A DNA stretch of 64,000 nt from a virus, in IMG/VR virus record IMGVR_UViG_3300042475_001686, positions 1-64,000 of that record, one strand, 5' to 3'. Numbering within the stretch: position 1 is the stretch's first letter; each line of letters opens with the position of its first letter. The position numbers were made by a program, and so were the translations under genes. Below the pieces are notes generated by a model. The model saw nothing but the letters and a program-made list of their open reading frames with translations. It ran no database searches and had not been told where the DNA came from. Shown here one piece after another: positions 9,588 to 18,861 of this stretch.

Positions 9588-11555
9588 TTACGCTGAGAGG
9601 TCGCCCATTACTACCCATGTATCTGTTGCTCTCTTGAAAAGAGTTGCAGATGACCACTGAGCACGTAACTTCAAACCTGGTGTAGCATTTACAGTTACAC
9701 CTACTGCTCCAGCAATTGTAATCTGACCTGCGCCAACCTGTAGTAGATCGATAGATGTTCCTACTGGGAAGGCTGTGGTTGAATTTGCTGGAATTGTTAC
9801 AGTAAATCCTGTTGCCTTATTGCATTCAATCATGCTATCTCTCAAGGCTAATCCACCTGTAGAGAGGTTATAGGTATCTGTTACTGTATTGATTGTAGTT
9901 CTTGATGGAACGCCTTCTTTTGTTTGAGTTCCGTCTGAGAAAACCACTCCAGAAGATGGAGTAACTGTGGTAGCCTCAAGTGCTCCTACAGCCAAGGCAT
10001 CTAAAGATCCTTGTGTAAAGTTTACAGTTGTTGTAGGTTCGTCTGTAACACCCTTAAACAACTTCCACTTTCCAGCAGATGAGTCACGAACAATACCTGC
10101 ATGCTGATATGTTCCATCGTTAAAGGATGAAACAATACCAAGGTCAACAAGGTTTCCTGTGTTTCCTTCACCGATATAAATAAGTGGGTCAGAAACCACT
10201 AAGTCTGTAGCAGAAACTGTTGTTGTTGTTCCTTGTACTGTAAGGTTGCCAGTAACAGTAAGTGCTGCTGCCGTAGTAGTTCCAGTAAATGTTGGTCCAG
10301 CGAGATTAGCCTTAAGGTCAAGTGCTGTTTGTGTAGCAGTTGAAACTGGCTTATCTGCATCTGATGTATTGTCTACATTTCCTAATCCAACCATTGTCTT
10401 TGTGATACCTGCAACGGTACCAGTAAATGTTGGTGAAGCAAGTGGAGCCTTTGCAGCAAGATCTGTAGTGAGATCTGCAATCTTAGACTGTGCAATTGCT
10501 GCTGAAGCATTTATGTCAGCATTTACAATTGTGCCATCTGCAATCTTGGCAGAAGTTACTGCACCATCAAGAATTTTAGCAGATGTAACAGCATCTCCAG
10601 CAATCTTGTCTGCAGTTACAGCAGAGTTAACAATCTTATCTGTTGAAACTGTATTATCTGTTGGAGTTCTTGTATCTGAAAGACGAGCATCGTCTGTTAG
10701 AACAAGTGCTGTAGTGTCTGCAATGCCGTGTACGCTTGTTGTATCTGAAGTGTGAGCATTTAGAGCACCTGTTATTTCTGTTCCAACATATGACTGTGTT
10801 GCAAGTTCTGCAGTGTCTACAATTCCGTGTACGTTAGTTGTAACTGCACTGTGAACAGTTGCTGAATCTACATATGCTTGGGTAGCAAGATCTGCTGTAT
10901 TACCAATACCATGTACGTTTGTTGTGTCTGAGTTATGTGCACTTACGGCACCTGATACTGCATTATCTGCATATGTTTGGGTAGCAAGATCTGCTGTATT
11001 TGCAATACCATGAACATTTGTTGTATCATTGTTATGCTCTGCTAAGTCTGCATCAAGAACAATAAGACTTGTGTCTGCAATGCCATGTACGTTTGTGCTA
11101 TCAGAATTATGTGTGCTTACTGCACCATCAGCATATGCTTCAGTAGCAAGGTCTGCTGTATTTACAATTCCATGTACATTTGTTGTAACAGCATTATGTA
11201 CTTCTGCAGCATCTACATATGCCTCAGTGGCAAGGTCTGCTGTATTTGTAATTCCGTGCACATTAGTGGAAAGATTTGTATGAGAAGAGAGATTTGTTGC
11301 TACTGTTATAAAGAAATCTGGATCGTCGCCAAGAGCAGCAGCGAGTTCGTTGAGTGTATTAAGAACACCTGGAGCGCCGTCTAGGATCGCATTTCCATCT
11401 ACATAATAGTTTAGGGCAGACCATAGTGATGATCCATTACCTATCTTAAACTTACCTGTGTCGGTTTCAAAACCGATTTCACCTGCTGCTAAAATTGGGT
11501 TAGCGCCTGACCACTGTGCTGCGGTTCCTCTGCGCTGTTGCATTCTTGTTGCCAT
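9588..11555 (-). CDS. tail fibre protein with His-containing repeats
   Basis: N-terminal RRGTAAQW..NPILAAGEIGFETDTGKFKIGNG fibre domain; 7 H-x5-(N/S)VHGI repeats; VTxAKI repeats. Confidence 0.75.
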   Translation of the reverse strand: MATRMQQRRGTAAQWSGANPILAAGEIGFETDTGKFKIGNGSSLWSALNYYVDGNAILDGAPGVLNTLNELAAALGDDPDFFITVATNLSSHTNLSTNVHGITNTADLATEAYVDAAEVHNAVTTNVHGIVNTADLATEAYADGAVSTHNSDSTNVHGIADTSLIVLDADLAEHNNDTTNVHGIANTADLATQTYADNAVSGAVSAHNSDTTNVHGIGNTADLATQAYVDSATVHSAVTTNVHGIVDTAELATQSYVGTEITGALNAHTSDTTSVHGIADTTALVLTDDARLSDTRTPTDNTVSTDKIVNSAVTADKIAGDAVTSAKILDGAVTSAKIADGTIVNADINASAAIAQSKIADLTTDLAAKAPLASPTFTGTVAGITKTMVGLGNVDNTSDADKPVSTATQTALDLKANLAGPTFTGTTTAAALTVTGNLTVQGTTTTVSATDLVVSDPLIYIGEGNTGNLVDLGIVSSFNDGTYQHAGIVRDSSAGKWKLFKGVTDEPTTTVNFTQGSLDALAVGALEATTVTPSSGVVFSDGTQTKEGVPSRTTINTVTDTYNLSTGGLALRDSMIECNKATGFTVTIPANSTTAFPVGTSIDLLQVGAGQITIAGAVGVTVNATPGLKLRAQWSSATLFKRATDTWVVMGDLSA

Positions 11556-11614
11556 TTATCTCTCCTTGTGGTATTTCTACCGTTTTATTTCTGTGCTAAT
11601 TATAACATCAGTTT

Positions 11615-12079
11615 TTAGTTGAAGTTATCTACTGGGCTACCGCCATCATAAACCATAGTCCATGAGTTGGTATTATAAGATCCACCATCTACTGGAGAAC
11701 CTTGTGGGTCATTAAAACTACCTCCACTTACGAAGGTAGAAACAATAAGTCCTGTTCCATCAATTGCTGTATCATGAATATGTTGTGGCAAGTTCAATGT
11801 ATCATCGATTGTTGCCATTGTTAGCCATGATCCAGAATAATAAACATTAACTCTTGATGTTAATGTGTCAAACCATAAATCACCATTTTCAGGTGAAGAG
11901 GGAGGGGTAGAACCTACTGGAATTCCTCCAGACAATGCGTCAACATATGCCTTAGTTGCAGCGTGAGTACCTAATGTAGGCGTTGCTACATCTACTGTAC
12001 CTCCGAAACTTCCGCCACCAGTGACGATAAGTCCATTTTTAACCTTGAAGTCCTTGTTGACTGTTGCCAAGATTACCAC
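11615..12079 (-). CDS. tail-associated protein
   Basis: KDFKVKNGL N-terminus shared with 12100..14004; PSSPENGDLWFD fibre motif. Confidence 0.6.
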   Translation of the reverse strand: MVILATVNKDFKVKNGLIVTGGGSFGGTVDVATPTLGTHAATKAYVDALSGGIPVGSTPPSSPENGDLWFDTLTSRVNVYYSGSWLTMATIDDTLNLPQHIHDTAIDGTGLIVSTFVSGGSFNDPQGSPVDGGSYNTNSWTMVYDGGSPVDNFN

Positions 12080-12099
12080 TCCCTCTTCTATTTATTTTG

Positions 12100-14004
12100 T
12101 TATGCTAAAAGCGTTCCGATAACAGCAACTGTTGAGGTGTTGTTAGCGGTTGTGACACGAAGACGAACATCGTTGCCAGAAACATCTGCTGAAACTGATC
12201 CAAGAGAACCATTTGTTCCAACCATTGCGTATTCTGTAATAGCGACATTGTCTGAAGTGTCTAGTGTCAAGATAACCTTGGATACATCTGTATGAGATCC
12301 ATTAGCAATCTTAACTAGGAATTCAGCAGAACGATATTCTGCCTTCAACCATGAAACTGCTGTGTTTGTGCTTGCTGTAGCGATAGAAGCGGTTGCTGCT
12401 ACCTGCTTTGCAACTGAGTTGAGTTCAACTGCTGTGAAGTTTGGAACAACTGCTTCAAGAGCAGATACTGCACGAGCATCTGTGAAGTAAAGGTTTGTTG
12501 TACCCTCATCAAGATCATCTGTATCAGAATCTGCAACACCGTTTTCTGCGGTAATAACAAGACCTGAACCATTACCTGTAATTGTGATATTTGTAAGGGT
12601 TGTTCCAGGACCAGTTAAGAGGTCTGCTGCTGAAGTCTTAGCCTTAGCATCTGTAAAGTATTCATTTGTACCTTCTTCGATGTCTGTTGTGCTAAGTGCA
12701 TTGATAGCATTTGTAATTGCATTATTACGATCTGAAACTTCATCAGAAATCTTTCCATCTGTGTAGATATTAGCATTTTGTTCTGCAGTAAGGGCTACGC
12801 CATCAGCGTATCCTTCGTATGCAGTTGTGATTATACCTTCACGAGTATCTGTGTAAGCCTTTGCTGCATTTTCTGCATCTAGTGCTTCAGCAGAAGCAAA
12901 TGCACGAGTTGCAGTTACAGTCTCATCAATTTCAAATGTTGTACCATCAAGAGTTAAACCGTTACCAGCAAGGTATGTACCTTGACCTGAGAACTGTGTC
13001 CAATCCTGACCAGCGAAAGATGATAGATAGTGATCAGCCTGTACCCATGCTGTTGAAGCATAGTTGTTGCCTTCCATTACGAAGACTGCTGCTCCTACCA
13101 ATTCAGAGAAAGCATCTGCATCTGCTGGACGAGATGCTACAAGTGTTGCACCTGATACTGAAAGTTCCCAGATACCATTTTCTGAATCTGTTGTTTGTCC
13201 TGTAAGAAGCAAGCGATATCCACCATCGTTAATATCTAGTGGTGCATGTCCATCGATTACTGCTCCGACAAAATCTCCTGCTACGTTTACGTTAGAAGTT
13301 GCAAGAAGGTTTACTGCTGCCTTCCAGTTAAGACCAGAAGATAGACCATCTGCATATGCCTTAGCATTATTTTCTGCAGTTGTTGCTGCATTGTCTGCGT
13401 ATAACTCATATGCGGTTGTTATTGCAATTTCACGAGCATCTGTGTAATCGTTAGCATCTGAAAGTGCTGCGTTTGCTTTTGTTGTTGCATCTGATGCTGC
13501 ATCTGCAATTGCATCATTCTTAGCAAGAAGAATTGCTGCATCACGAGCAATAACTTCGTCTTGAATTTCTCCATCTGTGTATGTTTCTGCTGCAGCAATT
13601 GCTTGGTTCTTTGCTGTTTCAACTTCTGCATCTGTTGCAAAAGATGAATCCAAGGTTACTGTAATTTGAGCATTTGCAGTGCCATCAAAAGATGCTGAAC
13701 CTGTTGCATCTCCAGTTAATGAAATTGTACGAGAAGTCTCAAGTGCTGTTGCTGTATCTGCATTACCAGTTACATCACCTGTAAGATTTGCTGTAATTGT
13801 ACCCGCAGCAAAGTTGCCATTAGCATCACGCTTTACAACTGTGTTTGGGGTATTTGCTGAAGTGGCTGTGCCACCAATTAAATTGACGATGTAATCTTGA
13901 TCGTCTTGTTTCTTTGTAAGAATGTCATGGTTGTTGATGGTACCTGTTGTGCCTTCAACAATCAGACCATTCTTTACCTTAAAGTCTTTTACGACTGTTG
14001 CCAT
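12100..14004 (-). CDS. long tail fibre-like protein
   Basis: RDANGNFAAGTITA, ATALETSRTISLTGD, WKAAV..RLLLTGQT..ENGIW, TDDLDEGTTNLYFT fibre motifs. Confidence 0.7.
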   Translation of the reverse strand: MATVVKDFKVKNGLIVEGTTGTINNHDILTKKQDDQDYIVNLIGGTATSANTPNTVVKRDANGNFAAGTITANLTGDVTGNADTATALETSRTISLTGDATGSASFDGTANAQITVTLDSSFATDAEVETAKNQAIAAAETYTDGEIQDEVIARDAAILLAKNDAIADAASDATTKANAALSDANDYTDAREIAITTAYELYADNAATTAENNAKAYADGLSSGLNWKAAVNLLATSNVNVAGDFVGAVIDGHAPLDINDGGYRLLLTGQTTDSENGIWELSVSGATLVASRPADADAFSELVGAAVFVMEGNNYASTAWVQADHYLSSFAGQDWTQFSGQGTYLAGNGLTLDGTTFEIDETVTATRAFASAEALDAENAAKAYTDTREGIITTAYEGYADGVALTAEQNANIYTDGKISDEVSDRNNAITNAINALSTTDIEEGTNEYFTDAKAKTSAADLLTGPGTTLTNITITGNGSGLVITAENGVADSDTDDLDEGTTNLYFTDARAVSALEAVVPNFTAVELNSVAKQVAATASIATASTNTAVSWLKAEYRSAEFLVKIANGSHTDVSKVILTLDTSDNVAITEYAMVGTNGSLGSVSADVSGNDVRLRVTTANNTSTVAVIGTLLA

Positions 14005-14020
14005 TTTATTATCTCCTTAG

Positions 14021-14467
14021 TTATGCCTTAAGTCCAATTCGTGCAAAACGAACTGTGACTGGCTTAATCGCAGGGTCTGGAGTAACCGTCAAGGCCACTG
14101 TATTTCCAGTCCTGGAGACGCTAATGGTGCCAATATTCCCATCATTGTCTATTGTGCCATATTCAGAGACGTTTACATTTGTACCGTCTACCAAGATGGT
14201 CAACTCTGTTGCATAGAATTTATTGTCGCCTGCTGTTGTCTTAGCAATAGAAACAATATACTTAACCATACGCCACTCTGTGGCATCAAAGTTATCAATT
14301 ACTGTGGCATTCTCAATACCTGTAATTGTATTTTCATTATTGCCCATTGAGCCAAGGTCCGTAGAACGGGCTGAGGCTGAGTCAATTAAATCTTCATAAT
14401 CTTGTTGCGTGGGGCGATCCCCAGTTTCAAACTTTGTCTTTAGTGTAGGTATGGATATCTTTGCCAT
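14021..14467 (-). CDS. structural protein related to the C-terminus of 12100..14004
   Basis: LKTKFETGDRPTQQDYEDLIDS; VSEYGTI vs ITEYAMV. Confidence 0.55.
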   Translation of the reverse strand: MAKISIPTLKTKFETGDRPTQQDYEDLIDSASARSTDLGSMGNNENTITGIENATVIDNFDATEWRMVKYIVSIAKTTAGDNKFYATELTILVDGTNVNVSEYGTIDNDGNIGTISVSRTGNTVALTVTPDPAIKPVTVRFARIGLKA

Positions 14468-14490
14468 GGTGATATTATAACTCCTTTTTG

Positions 14491-14739
14491 TTACAAAATA
14501 TAATTACTGTATCCAATAATTTGAAGGGGTATTGGGGGTGGATTATTCTTTGAATATCCAAATACACCAACATTAATAAATTGGACACGGAAAGGCAGAA
14601 CTTCTTCTATTTTCGCTTTTGGTTGTATGTGATCAAACCTTACATACCTTTTATCTATTTCTTTGATCTGTGCGTGAGATCTTCTATGTGTTGTGTTAAA
14701 TAGTTCTTGGTTTACTGGTATAAGATTTTGATTAATCAT
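14491..14739 (-). CDS. hypothetical protein
   Basis: ORF within the structural operon. Confidence 0.45.
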   Translation of the reverse strand: MINQNLIPVNQELFNTTHRRSHAQIKEIDKRYVRFDHIQPKAKIEEVLPFRVQFINVGVFGYSKNNPPPIPLQIIGYSNYIL

Positions 14740-15125
14740 TCTGTTACATCTTCAAGGATAACCATTGATCCTTTGGCTACCGTCCAGACTCTTCCCTCAG
14801 ACAAAAGTTCTGTGAGTTGAATGTCAAAGATATCTCCTGTCTCTAAAAGTTCTGATTGTGCAGATGTTAGATTAACTGTAAAACTTCCTTCTGTATCTTG
14901 AAATTCAATTGGCTCTGGAGATAATGAAACAATAATGTTGTCAGTAGATGGACGATAAATGTCCATTTTAATTTCCCAATCCTCTAAGTACAATGGCTCT
15001 CTTACGTCATTGGTTACATAAACTCTAAATGCTGCAGAGTCTCCTCTAACTACCGTCCAACGAATTTCTGGTGGGGCAGCACCTAATGCATAAGAGTCTG
15101 TGGGTTGATTTCGGAAGGTAGCCAT
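14736..15125 (-). CDS. structural/baseplate-like protein
   Basis: WTVVRGDS, paralogous to 22926..23324 (WRVIRGDT); leaderless promoter upstream. Confidence 0.5.
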   Translation of the reverse strand: MATFRNQPTDSYALGAAPPEIRWTVVRGDSAAFRVYVTNDVREPLYLEDWEIKMDIYRPSTDNIIVSLSPEPIEFQDTEGSFTVNLTSAQSELLETGDIFDIQLTELLSEGRVWTVAKGSMVILEDVTE

Positions 15126-15142
15126 GTGTTGATTATATCATA

Positions 15143-15658
15143 TTAGGCTAATCCAGCCTTCAATGCTCCCCATGTTCCATTACCTTTTGCCTGTATAACG
15201 ATTACTCCAGTTGTAGGATTGGCAACGGCAACGATTCCAATTGCTCCTCCATTTACAGTAGTTGTAAGAGCACCAGAAGAATCTACATATAATAATTCTC
15301 CTACAGCAAAACTACTTGTATTAACATTTGTTAAAACACCAGCAACAACAACTTCTCCGCTTGCACCGTCTGCTAATGATGTTTTTGTCAAACCAAGAAA
15401 AGGTTTATTATCTGAAAGACCTGAAGTAAATAATGCAATCTGTGTTTTATTATTTGTGTGACCTACAGCATATACTGGTTTTGCTGCACCTATAGTTGAT
15501 CCTGAATTATTTATTACCTTTACCCGCACATTTGAAGCATCAAGAGAAGATATCGCATCATCAACATCATCTGCTAATTTTTTAATATCATTATGCACAT
15601 TTACAGAGTCTGTTGCCTCTGGATATGTTAGACCATAGTTATTAGTTATTTCAGCCAT
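15143..15658 (-). CDS. structural protein (decoration-like)
   Basis: YGLTYP..D N-terminus; beta-rich GELLYVDSSG. Confidence 0.5.
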   Translation of the reverse strand: MAEITNNYGLTYPEATDSVNVHNDIKKLADDVDDAISSLDASNVRVKVINNSGSTIGAAKPVYAVGHTNNKTQIALFTSGLSDNKPFLGLTKTSLADGASGEVVVAGVLTNVNTSSFAVGELLYVDSSGALTTTVNGGAIGIVAVANPTTGVIVIQAKGNGTWGALKAGLA

Positions 15659-15679
15659 AGAGAATAATTATATCATTAT

Positions 15680-15709
15680 TTGACTACCTTCCCTAAATTG
15701 TGTTATACT
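15680..15709 (+). promoter_or_regulatory. sigmaA-type promoter for the SLT gene
   Basis: TTGACT-N18-TATACT with TG extension. Confidence 0.6.
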
Positions 15710-15763
15710 AAGAAGTAACATGGCACCCCTAAAAAGGTGTCATTCGTTTCTAAGGAGGAAACT

Positions 15764-16324
15764 ATGATTAACTTTATGAATAATAACAGGAACATCATTG
15801 GTACACTCAGCATATTGGCTATGTTTGGCGTTTGGTCAAATGTCGCCAATGCTTCTGAAAACCGATTAGATAGTAAAACTATCGTGCTTGAAGAGACTAT
15901 AGAGGCCACGCAAGTGGCCAAAAGTGTTTCTAGGGCTAAAGAAGATCAGTTAGAAAAATATCAAAACGCTACATCTCTATCTGATAAAGATCTAAAAAAT
16001 CTACTGAAACTAGTAGGTTTTGAAGGTCAAAATCTCAAGGAGGCATGGGCTATTGCTAAAAAAGAAAGTAATGGTCGACCTTTTGCATTTAATGGCAACT
16101 ATGAAACTGGAGACAGTTCTTATGGTATTTTTCAAATAAATATGCTTGGAATGCTTGGTCCTGATCGTCGTACTAAGTATGACTTAGATCATAATGTTGA
16201 CTTGTTTAATCCCGTCATAAATGCTCAAATTGCATTTCATATGTCTAATGGCGGGGAAAACTGGAGTGCCTGGAAAGGTATAACCCCCAGAACAAGGGAA
16301 TTAATGGCAAAATTTCCACATTAA
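15764..16324 (+). CDS. exported SLT/lysozyme-like muramidase (lytic transglycosylase)
   Basis: Hydrophobic N-terminus; AIAKKES (catalytic E), SYGIFQIN, LFNPVINAQIA, NWSAW; AAGGAGG RBS before ATG 15764. Confidence 0.8.
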   Translation: MINFMNNNRNIIGTLSILAMFGVWSNVANASENRLDSKTIVLEETIEATQVAKSVSRAKEDQLEKYQNATSLSDKDLKNLLKLVGFEGQNLKEAWAIAKKESNGRPFAFNGNYETGDSSYGIFQINMLGMLGPDRRTKYDLDHNVDLFNPVINAQIAFHMSNGGENWSAWKGITPRTRELMAKFPH

Positions 16325-16327
16325 TTA

Positions 16328-16376
16328 AATAGGGCTTGATAATAAAATATTTTTATATCAGGCCCTATTTTTTTTT
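16328..16376. terminator. intrinsic terminator between convergent genes
   Basis: AATAGGGCTTGAT...ATCAGGCCCTATT followed by a T-run. Confidence 0.75.
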
Positions 16377-16614
16377 ACCATTTATTAATTGGGCATGAAG
16401 ATTTTTCTAAACTAACTTTCGCATACATTAAACATCCACATTTTTTACATTGTTTTGTAAGTTGAATTAATTCTGGACAACCAAGACATATTTGATATCT
16501 TTTATTTGCATTTTCTATAGTTGTTTTTTCTACGCTTGGATTTAATAAATGCCAAGGTCTTGTTTCACCAAGATTTTCTATATATCTTTTTAATGGTGAC
16601 TTTTTTTCTTCCAT
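16375..16614 (-). CDS. small Cys-rich protein, copy 2
   Basis: RPWHLL..ICLGCP..KQCKKCGC..CPINKW. Confidence 0.7.
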   Translation of the reverse strand: MEEKKSPLKRYIENLGETRPWHLLNPSVEKTTIENANKRYQICLGCPELIQLTKQCKKCGCLMYAKVSLEKSSCPINKW

Positions 16615-16635
16615 TTTATTTTTTCAATCTATAAA

Positions 16636-18009
16636 TTAGAATGTACAGTTACCACATGTAGTAGAGGTACAGTACAGTGAAGGTGGACAGTCATATCCTG
16701 CCCCACCGCCTGCTTGGCTTCCGCATTCTAGTGTACAAGTACTTGTAAATGTTGGTGGGAAGAAAGGACTCTGGAACGTTGGTGGGAAGAATGGTGTAAC
16801 ACTAAACGTTGGTGGGAAGAAAGGACTCTGGAACGTTGGTGGGAAGAATGGCGCCTGGAATGTTGGTGGGAAGAATGGCGCCTGGAATGTTGGTGGGAAG
16901 AATGGCGCCTGGAATGTTGGTGGGAAGAATGGCGCCTGGAAGTTCGGAGGGAAGAATGGATTAACCGTACATGTAGGAGTTCCTGATGCTTGTGTAGGAC
17001 CACAGACCCATCCAATTGGAGGATATCCGTTTGCGTTTTCTTGAGCAGCATATGCATCAGCACAGGACGATGTTGTTGAGAAAGGACCGTTTGGATTGTT
17101 ATTGAAATCACAGTATCCGTAGTAACTTGTTGTAGTCTGTTGGAACGTTGGTGGGAAGAATGGTGACTGGAAAGTTGGTGGGAAGAACGGTGTAAATGTA
17201 GGTGGGAAGAACGGAGGAGTGGTGCAAGATGTTATCGGAGTTGTTGTAACAGAGCCAGTCAATGATGCACTTATTGTGAAACAGAAAGTCTCAGCAGCAT
17301 TAGTTGCCTCTGTTGAGTTTGCAGCAGTAACAGATCCAACAGTATTATCATCGCAGCAGAAGTAGTATGTTGTTGTTCCTGAACTAAAGAATGGTGGGAA
17401 GAATGGAGGGAAGAATGGTGGGAAGAATGGAGTAATGGTGCATTCTGGAGTTCCATTTTGTGCTGTTGGTCCGCAAACCCATCCAATTGGTGGGTATCCA
17501 TTTGCGTTTTCCTGAATAGTATATGCTTCAGCACAGGACAATGTTGTTGAGAAAGGACCAACAGGGTTATTGGCTAAATCACAGTATCCGTAATAATTTA
17601 ATACTTGCTGGAACGTTGGAGGGAAGAACGGTGTAAATGTAGGTGGGAAGAACGGTGACTGGAATGTAGGTGGGAAGAACGGTGACTGGAATGTAGGTGG
17701 GAAGAACGGTGACTGGAATGTAGGTGGGAAGAACGGTGACTGGAATGTAGGTGGGAAGAATGGAGGGGCAACATAAGTATAATAAACAAAGGTTACATCA
17801 GTATCATAATCAACTAATGTGTCTGCTACTGGAACTTGAGAAGCAACCTTATTATCAAGTTGTGAATCTGAAGTAACTATAGAAGAGTCACCAACATTCT
17901 TAAGCCCTGAGTTTGTTATTGTGGTAATTGCTACGTTCTTTAAAAGACCTACAAGTTGCGGGACCTTTACCATTCCCTTTGCTAAAAACGGCCATAATGA
18001 ACTTAGCAT
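16636..18009 (-). CDS. PASTA-domain protein with PFFPPTFQ(S/A) repeats and Cys modules
   Basis: VKVPQLVG..VASQVP.ADTLV PASTA pattern; 27-nt repeats; duplicated YYGYCD..GYPPIGWVCGPT module; C-terminal ECG..CPPSLYC..CGNC. Confidence 0.7.
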   Translation of the reverse strand: MLSSLWPFLAKGMVKVPQLVGLLKNVAITTITNSGLKNVGDSSIVTSDSQLDNKVASQVPVADTLVDYDTDVTFVYYTYVAPPFFPPTFQSPFFPPTFQSPFFPPTFQSPFFPPTFQSPFFPPTFTPFFPPTFQQVLNYYGYCDLANNPVGPFSTTLSCAEAYTIQENANGYPPIGWVCGPTAQNGTPECTITPFFPPFFPPFFPPFFSSGTTTYYFCCDDNTVGSVTAANSTEATNAAETFCFTISASLTGSVTTTPITSCTTPPFFPPTFTPFFPPTFQSPFFPPTFQQTTTSYYGYCDFNNNPNGPFSTTSSCADAYAAQENANGYPPIGWVCGPTQASGTPTCTVNPFFPPNFQAPFFPPTFQAPFFPPTFQAPFFPPTFQAPFFPPTFQSPFFPPTFSVTPFFPPTFQSPFFPPTFTSTCTLECGSQAGGGAGYDCPPSLYCTSTTCGNCTF

Positions 18010-18016
18010 TACGGAC

Positions 18017-18646
18017 CTACGCCATCAAATCGCCAATAAGGACCCAGGTATTCGTATCAGTTTTGATAAGAGTTGCGCCAGAATACCTTGCAGCAATTTT
18101 CTTGTTTGAATTTTTGCTATTAATTGTTACACCAACTGTAGCAGCAAAAGTTACGTTGCCAGTATTTAATCTTATTACATCAAGTCTCTGCCCTATAGCG
18201 AACGGTACAGAAGAATTCAGTGGAACTGTAATTGTTCTATCAGTAGCAGAATCAATTAATAATGTTTGTCCTGCATCTGCAAGGCCTAAAGTATAGTCAT
18301 TAGTCTTTGTAGCAAGATAGGCAGTATCCAACATACCAACCCAAGAAGTTCCATTATAAATTTGAACTTGGTTAATATCTGTTCCACCATCTGTTTGCTC
18401 AATAAAACAAACAGTTCCCTTAACGGGTGATGCAATTACAGCATTTCTTGAACTAGGGTTTTGAAATCTATTTACTCCAGCCTTGGCACGAATAACATCA
18501 TTTACAGTTACTACTGCGCCAAAGTTATGTACTTGAGTCCAAGTGTAAGGAACATTTGTATTAGCAACGCCAGCGATTGCATACCAAGTTTCGGATGCAG
18601 CATCATACATATATGCAACTTTGCTATCTGAACTAATATGTGCCAT
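18017..18646 (-). CDS. tail fibre-like structural protein
   Basis: C-terminus (TITVPLNSSVPFAIG..ATLIKTDTNTWVLIGDL) homologous to that of 9588..11555. Confidence 0.65.
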   Translation of the reverse strand: MAHISSDSKVAYMYDAASETWYAIAGVANTNVPYTWTQVHNFGAVVTVNDVIRAKAGVNRFQNPSSRNAVIASPVKGTVCFIEQTDGGTDINQVQIYNGTSWVGMLDTAYLATKTNDYTLGLADAGQTLLIDSATDRTITVPLNSSVPFAIGQRLDVIRLNTGNVTFAATVGVTINSKNSNKKIAARYSGATLIKTDTNTWVLIGDLMA

Positions 18647-18861
18647 TAAAATTTCACCGCCCTTAGATCAGACTCTGTTAGTCCTAATGCAACAAGTTTA
18701 GCAATTGCAATTTCTTTTGCTACAGTAGCATCTTTTTCTGATTGAATTAATACAGATGCTTCTTGGGTTACTTTCTTATATGATTCAAATTCTTCATTTG
18801 TCATATTACGCTCAATGCCATTTTCAACAATCTTAGTTGTTATATTAGGTGACTTAGCCAT
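18646..18861 (-). CDS. small fibre-associated protein
   Basis: ERNMTNEE..AIAKLVALGLTE pattern; follows a fibre gene. Confidence 0.5.
   Translation of the reverse strand: MAKSPNITTKIVENGIERNMTNEEFESYKKVTQEASVLIQSEKDATVAKEIAIAKLVALGLTESDLRAVKF

Noticed and set aside
10246-13894. Plus-strand ORFs opposite the tail fibres
   Set aside because: Antisense shadows from biased codon use; no RBS or motifs
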